In this document: piece after piece, positions 18,642 to 29,509 of the stretch
How positions within the stretch are numbered: the first letter of the stretch is position 1
Layout: every line of letters starts with the position of its first letter
NCBI GenBank assembly: GCA_963708075.1
Contig: OY970194.1
Span: forward strand, 6,752,001 to 6,816,000
Origin: Sedimentisphaerales bacterium
GTDB lineage: Bacteria > Planctomycetota > Phycisphaerae > Sedimentisphaerales > Anaerobacaceae
Direction: 5' to 3'
DNA: 64,000 nt
Made by a program: the position numbers and the translations under genes
The notes under the pieces: generated by a model
Database searches by the model: none
What the model was told of the DNA's origin: nothing
The model's input: the letters and a program-made list of their open reading frames with translations, nothing else

Positions 18642-20217
18642 TGTGCCTGTCAAGCGGGCGTCGGACCGCCTTGCGTCGACGAAACTCGGCATCAGAACGC
18701 GTTCCGGAGATGGCGTGTGTGGAGACCGGAGTGGGATGGGGGCAGGGGGGCGAGTGGGTTCGGCGTACCGGGGAAGGGCAATCAGGACGCGTCATTCGAG
18801 CCATTGGCAGACTCTGGGCGTGGCAAGAGTGCGAAAGCCAGGGAACAGCAACTACGCCGCGTTCTTCAGGCGGTACGCGGTGAGTCGGGTCTCGATGAAC
18901 ACGTGACGTTCGATATTGGAGGGCACAGTCTTCGCATTGCGCTTCGGCATCTCGGGCTTATGGCTGTAATAGAGGTCATCTGGGCGGCAACCCTCCAGAG
19001 TCATATGCGGTCGCCACGTGTTATACCAGCTTTCGAATTCGATGCACAGGGACGTGAGGTGGTCGAATCCCTTGATGAGGGGCACGCAACGCAGCCACTC
19101 GTATTTGAGGGTCTTGATGACCCGCTCAGTTACGGCGATAGACCCGTGTTTGCCCACGGCTCCCAAACGAGGCTTGATGTTCCATTGTTCCAAGAGTTCG
19201 GCAAAAGCATCTCCGGTGAAGACACTGGCTTGGTCGGAGATGATGTGCTTCGGTGCCCCATGCTTTTGCATAGCCAGCTCCAGGGCCTCGATGATCCAGC
19301 CGGCGTTGGGGCCTTCCACAGGAGCGACGCACATGACCTTGCGGGAGAAATGGTCGATAGCCACGCACACGTGAATAGGCCACAGGCCCCAACGCAGGAC
19401 CTTCGTGGTATCGACCGACCAGACGTGATTGGGATGCGAGGCCGGAATAGCACGAGATTCAGCTTTCTCTACGTTCTCAGCAGGGGCTGCCGTTGTGGGG
19501 AGCTTGCGAGGTTTCGGCCTCTGCAGGATGTTTCGCACGCTGGAGGCGGAGAGGAAGATGCCGAGCAGTTTCAGCTGGTTGGCGATGCGGATCCGGCCCC
19601 AACTGAGGTTGGCCTTGGTGATCTCCCAGACGAGCGCGGCGATCTCTGCTGGGGTCTTGTTGACTGGACTGCTGGAGGATTTCTGGTCTTCGATCTGGTG
19701 CAGCCAGCGGTAGAGCGTGGATCGGGCGATGCCGAAATACCGGGAGACTCTGCGTCTGGGGATCTGGAAGGCCTCCACGTGCCAGAGGATAAGGAGTCTT
19801 TCACGAACGGCGTATCGTGGGCTCTTGCCCTTCCGGTTGACGTGCTTCTGCAGGATCGACACCTACATTTCGAGCTGGTAGATCCGGTCTTTGAGAAAGA
19901 GGATTTCCTTGGCTTTGGCATCAGTATCCTTGGCCGCCAATCGTTTGAGGCTTTGCCTGCGAACCCGCCCCGAGAATCGAGCGGCCAGCAGGGCGGCTCG
20001 GATGAGCAGTGAGATAGCGGCATTAATAATGTCAAGATTCTCTGCCATGCCACCTCCTCCAAGGCTCCACAAAACGATGCCAGCGAAGCGAATTGGAGTG
20101 ACAGTATAGCCTTCGACGGGGGCAGAAAGCCAGCCAGAAGGCAGGGTGCCTAAGTGTTGGTCATGCAAAGGGATAGGTACGTATCCAGAATGGTCCCGCC
20201 GGCGCTTGACAGGTACA
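18642..20217 (-). mobile_element. IS element with rve/DDE transposase (IS481/IS3-like, TGT...ACA ends)
   Basis: Terminal inverted repeats TGTGCCTGTCAAGCG (18642) and CGCTTGACAGGTACA (ends 20217); no matching target duplication. Confidence 0.75.
18852..20048 (-). pseudogene. Integrase-core transposase interrupted by in-frame TAG at 19863-19865
   Basis: RBS GGAGGAGG + MAENLDII; HTH FGIARSTLYRW; WGRIRI; WSVD, AIDHFSR, IISDQASVF, ERVIKTLKYE, YNTWRPH; ...LEM*VSILQ in frame. Confidence 0.8.
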
Positions 20218-20410
20218 GGCAGACCTGACATCAGAGCGGTGAATTCTGCCCGCCGTCCTTCATTGATCATAGCAAGGAATCGGTTATGGCTGGTTTCACC
20301 CGATTCTTGACATTGTGGCCGTGTTCAAGACGGATGCAATGTTCAGGGATAGGAATTGACTTATGGCGAGGAGTCCTCTTGTGTGCACGCTATTGTCAGT
20401 TTCTGTCCAC

Positions 20411-20751
20411 TCACAGAGCCAAGTGTAACCAGTTGTTTCTTGCTATCTGCCCTTCAGAAAGAGCAGTACTTCCGACTCCAGTGACTGCCGTGGTGAGGCC
20501 TGCCACTGGCGGCAGTCCGCAGAACGCTTCTACTACTCCAATTGGAAGCGAAAGATAAGTGCACCAACGGCTAACGCCCCCCAGTTTCAAGCCACGTCTC
20601 AAATCCCTACTCGCTTTATTGATGGCCTGTACTGCACGGGCTGCCGCTTTCTCTCTACTTTCCCGCAAGGACTCCTCGACTTCGCTAACCACATCTCGCA
20701 GCGCTCGAATCGCTCCCTCACGTTTTTCCTTCAATCTGAAAACATCATCTA
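20411..20751 (-). pseudogene. C-terminal fragment of a hypothetical island gene truncated by IS630
   Basis: Open frame DDVFRLKEKRE...LSLPIGVVEAF...NNWLHLAL begins at the IS630 target TA; lower GC. Confidence 0.45.
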
Positions 20752-21897
20752 AGTAGGTAGCCAAAAGTTTTCACAGGAACGATTCTCTTCGCGTGTATGA
20801 TGGGGTACATGCGAAGAACGAAGAGCGCCTCAGAACGTGGTTTCGATCGATATGATAAACATCGTCTTACGCGGGCCTTACAGGGGGTCGCTGACATTCG
20901 CACCTACCGGCGTATCGAAGCGATCCTGTTGGTGGCCCAGGGTCGGACGGTTCCGGAAGCAGCGCAGATCACCGGGACCCGGCCGTGGAGCGTCTATCGC
21001 TGGGTGCGGGCCTATCTGCACACCCATTGTCCAGACCGCCTGCAGGACGCACCGCGTTCCGGACGGCCTCCGGTCGCCACGCCGATCACGGACGCCCGTC
21101 TGGTACGCGAGTTCCGCCGGGACCCGATGCGTTTGGGCTATCGCGCCACGGGTTGGACGGTGTCCTTGCTGGCAGATCACCTCCAGCAAAGGTACGGGTG
21201 TGCAATCTCGCCTCGTACCCTGCGGCGGCGGATGCGGGACTTGGATCTGCGGTGGAAACGTCCCCGGTATGTCTATGCGACCAAGGACCCGAACCGAGCC
21301 CAGAAAAAGGGGGCCTGGTTCGCCGCCTGAAACGGATGCCGGCGCTGGCGGTGCTGTTGTTTTCGGATGCGACCATCCTCCGCTGGTTTCCGCCCTTGCG
21401 CTATGTGTGGGCGTTTCGCGGCGAACAGGCGCAGGTCAAGATCACGGGTCAAAACGACAAACGGGTTCTGTTCGGCACGATCAATCCACGAACCGGACAC
21501 CGGGTGGTCCTGCGTCGGCCCCGCCAGCGGCAAGAGGACTTTCAAGCCTTCCTGCGGGAGTTGCGGCGACGGTATCCCGGACGCCCGATTTGGCTGTTGC
21601 TGGACAAGGCCTCTTTTCATCAGGCGATCAAAAGCCAACGACTGGCCACCCACTTGGAGGTGACCCTCTTGTGGTTGCCGAAGCAGTGCCCGGAACTGAA
21701 CTCTCAGGATCATCTCTGGAAGGAGTTGAAACGGTTGATTGCGGCCAATCGCCAGTTCCAAACGATTGATGATGAGGCGGCCTACGCGGAACAGTGGCTC
21801 TTGGGACTAACTGCGACCCAGGGCCTCCGCAAAGCCGGTGTCTTGTCGGCGGATTTCTGGCTCAAGGCTTTTGTGTGAAGACTTTTGGCTACCTACT
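20752..21897 (+). mobile_element. IS630-family insertion sequence
   Basis: IRL AGTAGGTAGCCAAAAGTTTTCACA and IRR TGTGAAGACTTTTGGCTACCTACT, each flanked by TA (20750-51; 21898-99) of a CTAG target. Confidence 0.92.
20797..21878 (+). CDS. IS630 transposase (HTH ORF + DDE ORF joined by probable -1 frameshift)
   Basis: HTH DAPRSGRP, WT, LRWKRPRY; slippery AAAAAGGGGG at ~21304-21313; DDE part FSDAT, LLLDKASFH, WLPKQCPELN, HLWKELK. Confidence 0.85.
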
Positions 21898-22471
21898 TAG
21901 CAGATTCTCTATGTATTGCCCATACGAGCCGAGTAGTCAATCCGCCAGGGCCCCCACGTCCCTTCTGAGCCCATGCCAACATGGCGTGCCTGCCAGTTGG
22001 TACTCTAAGCCATGGGCTATGATCATTCATCCGGCTGGCTGCGGCCATGTGGGGTTCAGTGAAGCCGGCCCCCTACCTGGCAGGGATTTGTAGGTTGACA
22101 ACCCCGGGACCTGCTACGGTCTTTTCTGGGCGTTGCTGTCGACCATATCCTGTTCCGCCCGTGATTCCGCTCACTTGCTGAAGCTTGATGTAAGGGCCGA
22201 CCATCGACATTTGCTCCGACAGCTTTGATTCCTTGCAGAAGATGCCCTCTGTACTTGCGACCGAGAATGCGTAATTTGCTGATTGTCCGGTTGCTGCCTC
22301 TGCAATACAGTTGACTCAAAGGGATAGGCGAGAGGTTGCGTCTCTCGCCGCCTGCAGACCGACCTGTCCAGTAACCATTTGCGTACGATCTTCCCGAAGA
22401 CGCTCGAGCACAGACAAGGTGTGGGACTATAGATCACGACTTCATGCGCATCTATTTCAGGAGGTTTTGAG

Positions 22472-25228
22472 ATGTCTGCACTACCGCTACTACCCAGCAA
22501 ATCGCTCACAATACTCCATATTTCCGATCTGCACTTGCGTACCCGAGATCTCAAGGAAGCAAGTCTCTGGAAGAGACTGTGGAAGCGGTTGTTCACTAGG
22601 CTCACTCCCGAAGAGAACGGCTGGAAGAAACTGTGCAAATCGCCCATACTCAAGGAGGCTAATCTTTGCGTGATCAGCGGCGACCTCCCTCGCCGCTCAC
22701 CAGCAAAAAGACTATACCGGGCCTTGCGAAAGGAGTTGGATGCACAGTTTCCTTGCCTCAACGGAAGACGACACTGGATTGCCGTTCCCGGGAACCATGA
22801 CCGAAGATTCCTGGGGAACTTCATTCTGGGTGAGCGCACCTTCGAGCAAGGTCTGGACATGAATTGGAAGCAGCCGTGGTGGGATCCAGATTATCCATGC
22901 ATAGTGATCCCACTGGACTCAAATCCCCGAAAGGCCGGCCTGCTGAGAACCAAGCTCGCTCTGGCACGTGGCGTGCTTGGGGATGAGTGTGACCGAATAG
23001 GCATTGAATTCCAGAATGTAAGGGAATCAGTTAAGAAGCATTTCTTTGAAGTCTTGTCTGAGAAGCCCGCCAAAGAAGTCGCATCCTATGCGATGAACCT
23101 TCGCGCGGCCTTCAATGTCGACGAAATTGAGAAACTCCGGCGTGTCGCCTACCCCAAGGTGAGAGAGCCACCCTATGAGGGTTTGGCGTCCAAATTGATC
23201 GACCGTACGGCAGAGGTTCTGGCATGTCTCTACATGGCGTGCGCCGTCAGGTGCGTCGTCTTTCATCATCACCCAATAGGCGTGCGAAGCGATGACAACA
23301 TCAGCATTTTCCATCAGGACACTTATCTGCTGCTAATCGACTCAGGAGCCTTTCTGGAGTCGGCCCGGGAGAACCAAATCAGCCTGGTTCTACATGGCCA
23401 CAAACATGTCCCGCATCGGATCGCAGTCCATCTGCCGGAGCAAGATATTGAAGAGGTGGGCATCGTGGGTGCGGGTAGCTCGACACGGAGGTCAAAGCAG
23501 GCAAGCGCAACAGCCAATGTGATCGGCGTTAATGAGGCGGGTGAGGTAGATGTCAAGTTGTTTGACCCTTGGGCCAATGACTGGTCCCGCCAACCGTCGC
23601 CGGTGCACCTGCGGAAGTGGTCGGAAGTTCGTAAGCATCTCAACGCAGAAGCAAATGACTGCGCTCGGTTCTCGTCGAAGGATACTCAGGTTGATGTGAG
23701 CATGCTCCCTTATGGCGATGCGATCATGACGGTAGAAGAGCATGGCTTATCGGTCAATCCAAAACTAGGTCAGGGAGCGCCAGCCATCTTCGAAATCCCG
23801 ATTAGTTACAAATCCACTACCCAGATCGGACCCGTGCAAGTAACATGCCAGATAGAGAAGCAGGGTTCTCAATGGCAACAGGTTGTCTTTCATTGCCATC
23901 AAGAGCCTGGCTATGGGCCTGGCGAGTGGCACGGGTTAGTAAGAATAGAACCAACGGCTCCTGAGCAGACAACTTCATTCACTTTAACAACACGCTTCAT
24001 CGCGTTCACCACGTTCGCGATGAATTCTTGGCAAGCGAGTTTTATGTACGCGAACAGGGATGTTCCACATAAGGAACACTGGTACTGGCGTTGCGGAATC
24101 CCAGTTAGGAAGCAACTCTTTGTCGCTCTTGAAACTACAGGCAACAGAGCCCTCGCGCCCACCTTCGAGAATCTGTATTCCAGATACTACAGGATTGACG
24201 GCTATGTTGACCAGAAAGAGCGTGACGAGATAATTATGGATCGAGCCGCGTCCAGCCAACGTGTCGCATTCACGGTACCGACACCGCTTTGGGGCTCCGA
24301 ATACGGTATCGGCTGGGAATGGGGAAATCAATCGCCTGCGACGTGGCAGAACACTCCTGTTTTTACAGGTCTTCGAGAGCAACTCGATGTCGAGGCGCGT
24401 GAGGCTCGATCATGTGCTACCTCGCTACTACGGTTGATGTTAACAAACGCCCTCCGAGAAATAGGCAAAGAACTGGAAGCTACGCTCTATGTTTTGACAC
24501 GGCCCAGTGGTGACGATCCGGGTAAGCTGATTCAAATAGCATGGAACCAACTTGTGGAGCGATCCACAGCCCGCGGGTTCGAGATGAACTTTGGAGCCGG
24601 AGTGGCGGGTAGGGCGGCATCACTGCAAAAGACCGTGGCATGGGTTCAACAGAACTCTGGCGCGACGGCTGAGGACAGATTGGTTGATTTTTATCTTCCC
24701 GAGGCAGAACGCAGCGGACATACGGGAATCCTGGCGGTTCCAATTCCACGTAGTCAGCCTTTAGTGATTCTTTCCATTGCCAGCACACAGGAGGACGACG
24801 CCTTCTCGTGCACGCTACGGCGGATTCTTGGGTGGGGAGGGCGGACGCAAATGAAAGACTATCCCAGATTTTCCGATTGGATTGGTCGGTTGTACCAGAG
24901 GATCAATGGTGTACTCATGCAGGCGCAGTCCAATCTCAGCGGTGAGGGTGCAATGCCCAAGCTAGATCGCATTCCGCTAAACCCCGCGTTCGATGATGTG
25001 GATGAGCAAGAAGTCGTTATCGCCGAGGCCGAACAAACCGAGAATGGACAATGGGATGATGCAATACGCTCAATAAATCCGGACAAGATCCAACGATCCT
25101 TAGAGAGGTTTGAGATCGCCCTTCCCCTGAAGATGGGGAGTGGACGCTCCTCCAAGGCACAGCAGAGGATTTCCCGATGGGTACCTAATCCCGGTAAAAA
25201 GAGTAAATCAACGAGACAAAAGAAATGA
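22472..25228 (+). CDS. 918-aa metallophosphoesterase (calcineurin-like) + unknown beta-rich domain + GAF-like domain
   Basis: All five MPE motifs: HISDLH, ISGDL, VPGNHD, FHHHP, LHGHKH; C-terminal FGAGVAGRAASLQKTV...GILAVPI (GAF-like); GC below host. Confidence 0.8.
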   Translation: MSALPLLPSKSLTILHISDLHLRTRDLKEASLWKRLWKRLFTRLTPEENGWKKLCKSPILKEANLCVISGDLPRRSPAKRLYRALRKELDAQFPCLNGRRHWIAVPGNHDRRFLGNFILGERTFEQGLDMNWKQPWWDPDYPCIVIPLDSNPRKAGLLRTKLALARGVLGDECDRIGIEFQNVRESVKKHFFEVLSEKPAKEVASYAMNLRAAFNVDEIEKLRRVAYPKVREPPYEGLASKLIDRTAEVLACLYMACAVRCVVFHHHPIGVRSDDNISIFHQDTYLLLIDSGAFLESARENQISLVLHGHKHVPHRIAVHLPEQDIEEVGIVGAGSSTRRSKQASATANVIGVNEAGEVDVKLFDPWANDWSRQPSPVHLRKWSEVRKHLNAEANDCARFSSKDTQVDVSMLPYGDAIMTVEEHGLSVNPKLGQGAPAIFEIPISYKSTTQIGPVQVTCQIEKQGSQWQQVVFHCHQEPGYGPGEWHGLVRIEPTAPEQTTSFTLTTRFIAFTTFAMNSWQASFMYANRDVPHKEHWYWRCGIPVRKQLFVALETTGNRALAPTFENLYSRYYRIDGYVDQKERDEIIMDRAASSQRVAFTVPTPLWGSEYGIGWEWGNQSPATWQNTPVFTGLREQLDVEAREARSCATSLLRLMLTNALREIGKELEATLYVLTRPSGDDPGKLIQIAWNQLVERSTARGFEMNFGAGVAGRAASLQKTVAWVQQNSGATAEDRLVDFYLPEAERSGHTGILAVPIPRSQPLVILSIASTQEDDAFSCTLRRILGWGGRTQMKDYPRFSDWIGRLYQRINGVLMQAQSNLSGEGAMPKLDRIPLNPAFDDVDEQEVVIAEAEQTENGQWDDAIRSINPDKIQRSLERFEIALPLKMGSGRSSKAQQRISRWVPNPGKKSKSTRQKK

Positions 25229-25718
25229 AGGCAGACCCGTGGTTGCGGGCTATTCGGAGAGGCTCGCTGGATGGATGTGTCTGATGAGCCATTAGACGCT
25301 GGTCCGCCATCGCTGATGCGGCTGATAGTTTCTCGTCCGCCGTTACCCGCCCAAGCTACTGTGAGAACACCGTCTGCAGATTGGCGGGGTGCAGAGTACG
25401 ATCTCGACTCCGACTTCTGACGGTCGAATATAGCCCTCGGCGTGGTCAGGAAAGTATCTCCTTTGCCTTCCGTTGGCCCATAACCATATACATAGCTACT
25501 TCGGTACCCCCTGGTCTTCACCACACGGAAGCGTCTTCGGCGACACACTTCGGGAGACGAGTTCGTCTGACATTCCTTCACTGGCCTTGCTCCACTACGT
25601 CAGGCAGGACCACACGGAGCCCTCGGGGCACCCAAACCCACACGATGACAGGTGCATTCCAAGTAGTGCGGAATACCGTCCAGCGGGGGCGGCAAATCCG
25701 TTGCCATGGATACTGACT

Positions 25719-26585
25719 ATGAACACCCTTTCGGGTAAGACGATGCTCGCCCAGCGATTGGCGACAATTCTGCCCCCGCTGAGTCTGGAGGAGTCATTGG
25801 AAACCACGCGCATCTATTCGGCCGTGGGACTTCTGAAGAAGGATCAGGCATTGCTGGCCACGCGGCCGGTTCGTGCGCCGCACCATTCGGCGAGCGGCCC
25901 GGCTCTCATCGGCGGCGGGTCTTCGCCCCGGCCGGGAGAACTCTCGCTGGCCCACTTCGGGATTCTCTTCCTCGATGAATTCGTCGAGTTTCCCCGGCAC
26001 GTGCTGGAGATGATCCGCCAGCCGCTTGAGGACGGCTACGTCGTCGTCTCCCGCGCCAAGAAGACGATTCACTTCCCCGCCCAGTTCATGCTCGTGGCGG
26101 CCATGAATCCCTGTCCATGCGGATACTTCGGGAGCAATCTTCGGGCCTGCAAGTGCGCGCCGGGACAGATCGCCCGCTATCTGGCCAAGGTGTCCGGGCC
26201 GCTCGTGGACAGGATCGACATTCACATCGACGTTCCCGCCGTAGCCTTCAGCAAGCTGCGGTCCAAAACGCGCCAGATCGACTCCGAGACGTTGCGGGCG
26301 ACCGTCACGGCAGCCAGGCAGGTGCAGAAACGACGCTTTGGCGGAAGCAAAATCCTGACCAACGCGCACATGACGCACAAACAGTTGGAGCAATTCTGCC
26401 AGCTCGATTCCGGGGGTGAGCTGCTGCTCAAGGAGGCTGTGCTGGAACTGGGTCTCGACGCACGTGCCCATGACAAGATCTGCAAGGTGGCACGGACCAT
26501 TGCCGACCTGGATGGCAGCGAGAACATTCGCGCCGAGCACGTCGCGGAGGCCATCGGCTACCGCAGACTCGACCGGAAGCTCTGA
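25719..26585 (+). pseudogene. comM: 3' half of comM/yifB Mg-chelatase-like AAA ATPase, broken inside Walker A
   Basis: MNTL-SGKTMLAQRL (GPPG missing), RAPHHSAS, GELSLAHFGILFLDE, AAMNPCPCG, SGPLVDRID, KVARTIADL. Confidence 0.88.
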
Positions 26586-26602
26586 TCCTGGCTGCTGGTC
26601 TT

Positions 26603-27034
26603 TCAGCCGGCGCGTTGGAGTCTCGCGCAGGCTTCATCAATCACATGGGAGTAGACCTGCTGGTAGCGAGGGGGGCGTCCCTCGGCGAGTTTCTGCCTGG
26701 CCTCCTCCGGCGAGAACCAAGTCGGGTCTCGTCCGGGCTCGGGTGCGTCGGATTCCGATTCCACGTGCAGGAGAAAAGCGGCGACTGTCAGTTCCACACG
26801 TCGGCCATCCGGTTTACGCTTCTCGTGAGGGAAGATAATGAGTGGTTCCGACACGACGGTGCCGCGTACGCCAGCCTCCTCAAGAGCCTCCCGCTGCGCC
26901 GTTATCCACGGCTCCTCACCTGCTTCAATATGGCCCTTTGGAAACACCCAACGTCCACCCTTGGTGGTCCGCACGAGCTTGAACTCCACCGATCCACGTG
27001 TGCGGCGGTAGCAGATAGCGGCTGCCTGGTTCAT
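26603..27034 (-). CDS. NUDIX hydrolase
   Basis: WVFPKGHIEAGEEPWITAQREALEEAG Nudix box. Confidence 0.88.
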   Translation of the reverse strand: MNQAAAICYRRTRGSVEFKLVRTTKGGRWVFPKGHIEAGEEPWITAQREALEEAGVRGTVVSEPLIIFPHEKRKPDGRRVELTVAAFLLHVESESDAPEPGRDPTWFSPEEARQKLAEGRPPRYQQVYSHVIDEACARLQRAG

Positions 27035-27077
27035 GGGCTTACCGGATTCGCCACGAACAGCCATCGTGCGGGAACCC

Positions 27078-27539
27078 TTACTTGCCGAGCCTGATTTTGA
27101 ACACAACCTTGTGGACGGAGGCGGGGCAGGTGATCTGGCAGGAGGGCAGGTGGGCGTCGTGCGGGTAGAGGAGGCAGAAGAGTCCCGGCTCAAGCCTGGT
27201 CTGGGCGATGATCGTGCCCACGCGGTAGAACATGATGTCCTTCTGCTCGTCATACGGCTCGACGATTTCGAGACCCGTCGTCGGCGAGTACCCCAGCAAT
27301 TCCTGCCCACCCAGCAAGACCTGGATGTCGATGTACTTCTTGTGCGATTCGAACCTGCCCTGGTCAATCGGCTTGGTCGTATAGTGCTGCACGATGTAGT
27401 ACACATCGTCACCATCGACGCTGTACCGGCCGTCGGGCTTCTGCACAAGCCCCGGCTCCGCAAGGACGGCAAAGGCCCTCTCGAATCCCTTGTGCAGCGG
27501 AAAATAGAGACGCCCATTTTCGATTCGATCAACAATCAT
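27078..27539 (-). CDS. YhcH/YjgK/YiaL family protein
   Basis: MIVDRIEN, FESHKKYIDIQ, YDEQKDIMFY, PHDAHLP, KVVFKI. Confidence 0.88.
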   Translation of the reverse strand: MIVDRIENGRLYFPLHKGFERAFAVLAEPGLVQKPDGRYSVDGDDVYYIVQHYTTKPIDQGRFESHKKYIDIQVLLGGQELLGYSPTTGLEIVEPYDEQKDIMFYRVGTIIAQTRLEPGLFCLLYPHDAHLPSCQITCPASVHKVVFKIRLGK

Positions 27540-27578
27540 CGTTCATAGCTCCATCTTCTACGCCAAGAAAAGAATTGG

Positions 27579-27652
27579 GCCACAGAGGACACGAAGAGCA
27601 CAGAGATTGGCGAGTGAATCGTTCTCTCTGTGTCCTCTGTGCACTCTGTGGC
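27579..27652. repeat. Inverted 9-bp repeat element (CACAGAG.. / CTCTGTG..)
   Basis: gccacagaggacacgaagagcacagag ... ctctgtgtcctctgtgcactctgtggc. Confidence 0.7.
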
Positions 27653-27695
27653 AAGAGACTCATTTGAGTTCTTTCGTCTCTTTCGGCTGTCTGTC

Positions 27696-29176
27696 TCACA
27701 GGTCCAGCTTGTCGCACAGGTAGGTGCGGAGCTGGCTGGTGGCGATGCGGACCTGGTCCATGGAGTCGCGCTCGCGGACGGTGACGGTCTGGTCCTGGAG
27801 GGTCTGGCCGTCGACGGTGATGCAGAATGGCGTGCCGGCCTCGTCCTGGCGGCGATAGCGCCGGCCGACCGCGCCCTTCTCGTCATAGAAGCAGTTGAAT
27901 CGCTTCTTCAGGTCGTCGTAGATGTTGCGGGCGATCTCCGGCATACCTTCCTTCTTGACCAGCGGGAAGATGGCGGCCTTGATCGGGGCCAGGGTCGGGT
28001 GGAATCGCAGCAGGTTGCGCGTCTCGCCGCGGACCTCTTCCTCGTCGTAGGCGTCCACCAGGAAGGCCAGCGTGCTTCGATCCATGCCAGCGCTGGGCTC
28101 GATCACATAGGGGATGTAGCGCGCCTTCTTCTCGTCGTCGAAGTAGGACAGCGGGCCGGACTGGTAATCCTCGGCCTCGTCGGCAAGCTGGACCTTCGTC
28201 AGGTCCCGGCCGTTTTCGTAGCCACCTGCTGACGGTCCGCATGCCTCGCTGATGCTGGCGAAGATCGTAGTCGGTGCGGTTGGCGATGCCTTCCAGCTCC
28301 TGCCAGTCGCCGCTGCCGAACGGGAACCGGTACTCGACGTCCACACACGCCTTGGCGTAGTGGGCCAGCTCGTCCTTGTCGTGGTCGCGGAACCGCAGAT
28401 TCTCCTTCCTGAGTGCCCAGGTTCAGGTACCAGTTGCACCGCTGCTCCTTCCAGTGCTCATACCAGTGATCGTCGGTGCCGGGCTCGCAGAAGAACTCCA
28501 GCTCCGCCTGCTCGAACTCGCGGGTACGGAAGATGAAGGCCTTTGTGGTCACCTCGTTGCGGAAGCTCTTGCCGATCTGGGCGATGCCGAAAGGGATTTT
28601 GACCCGGGTCGTGTCCATCACGTTGCGGAAATTCGCAAAGATGCCCTGGGCGGTTTCCGGCCGCAGGTACACGATCATCGAGTCCTCGACGTTGGCGCCC
28701 ATCTGGGTCTCGAACATGAGCTTGAAGGGCATGGGGGCGGTGAACTGTCCGACGGCTCCGCAGTTCGGGCAGACCTTGTTGCTCAGGTCGTGCGGTTCGG
28801 CCTCAACCGTGTTGATGTTCACGTGTTCCGTATGCTCCTCGGCCTTTTTGGTGTTGGCGTCCTCCAGGTGGTCCACGCGCGTCCGCGTGTTGCACTTCTT
28901 GCACTCGGAGACGAGGTCGGCGAACTTGTCGGCGTGGCCGGAAGCCTTCCAGACCAGCGGGTGCATGAAAATACTCGCATCGAGGCCAACCACGTCGTCG
29001 CGCATCTGGACGACGTTCTTCCACCAGGCCCGTTTGACGTTGTTCTTCAGCTCGACGCCGAGCGGGCCGTAATCGTAGCAACTCGCCAGACCGCCGTAGA
29101 TTTCGCTGGACTGGAATATGAACCCGCGTCTCTTGCACAGAGAGACGATATCATCAAGCTTCGTCAGTTTTGCCAT
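27696..29176 (-). CDS. glyQS: Glycine--tRNA ligase (alpha2 type), with two apparent frameshifts (~28412, ~28230)
   Basis: [85 protein letters not shown] spread over three frames. Confidence 0.92.
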
Positions 29177-29210
29177 CGTTGTGGTCTCCAGAGAGTCAGA
29201 ATAAACCCTG

Positions 29211-29238
29211 ATTATACAGAAGGAGGGTGGGATATCAA
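29211..29238 (-). promoter_or_regulatory. Sigma-70-type promoter of glyQS
   Basis: TTGATA-N16-TATAAT, about 35 bp upstream of the ATG. Confidence 0.5.
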
Positions 29239-29509
29239 GGTCCCATTCACGTCCGTTTTGCCGTGCATTCCGGATGAGTGAATGGGCTTGCCAGGCTCTG
29301 GTTGGGTCCAAGAGCAAGCTCTCGCTGGAAATACTACAGTTGCACGCAGAATTTTGTTGCACGGGTGATATTTTGTATACTTTGAGAAACGGAGGGCTCC
29401 CCCGTGGCAGCCCTTTGGAGGGTATCAAACACAAGAACTGTCGGAACGGTTGGGAGGAATTTGTATGCATGGGGTCGGAAGCATAACGAATCCGGAAGGA
29501 GCAACCCAC

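Noticed and set aside
19863..19865. Pyrrolysine/amber read-through in the transposase
   Set aside because: No pyl genes are in view; a CAG->TAG change or base error is more parsimonious
18537..20012. 491-aa + strand ORF
   Set aside because: Beyond the first ~35 codons it is the antisense shadow of the transposase
21900..22470. Retron-like ncRNA or small partner gene upstream of the phosphoesterase
   Set aside because: No RT in the window and no convincing bounding inverted repeats or ORF
24859..25716. ORFs between the phosphoesterase and comM as partner genes (incl. the N-terminal 80 aa of the 370-aa ORF)
   Set aside because: No motifs, overlap on opposite strands and no convincing RBS
27696..29176. 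glyQS as a pseudogene or programmed-frameshift gene
   Set aside because: It is normally essential, and similar single-base indels occur in hdrB, the sigma-54 activator and two secreted proteins. Sequencing/assembly error is the simplest explanation; reads are needed to confirm.
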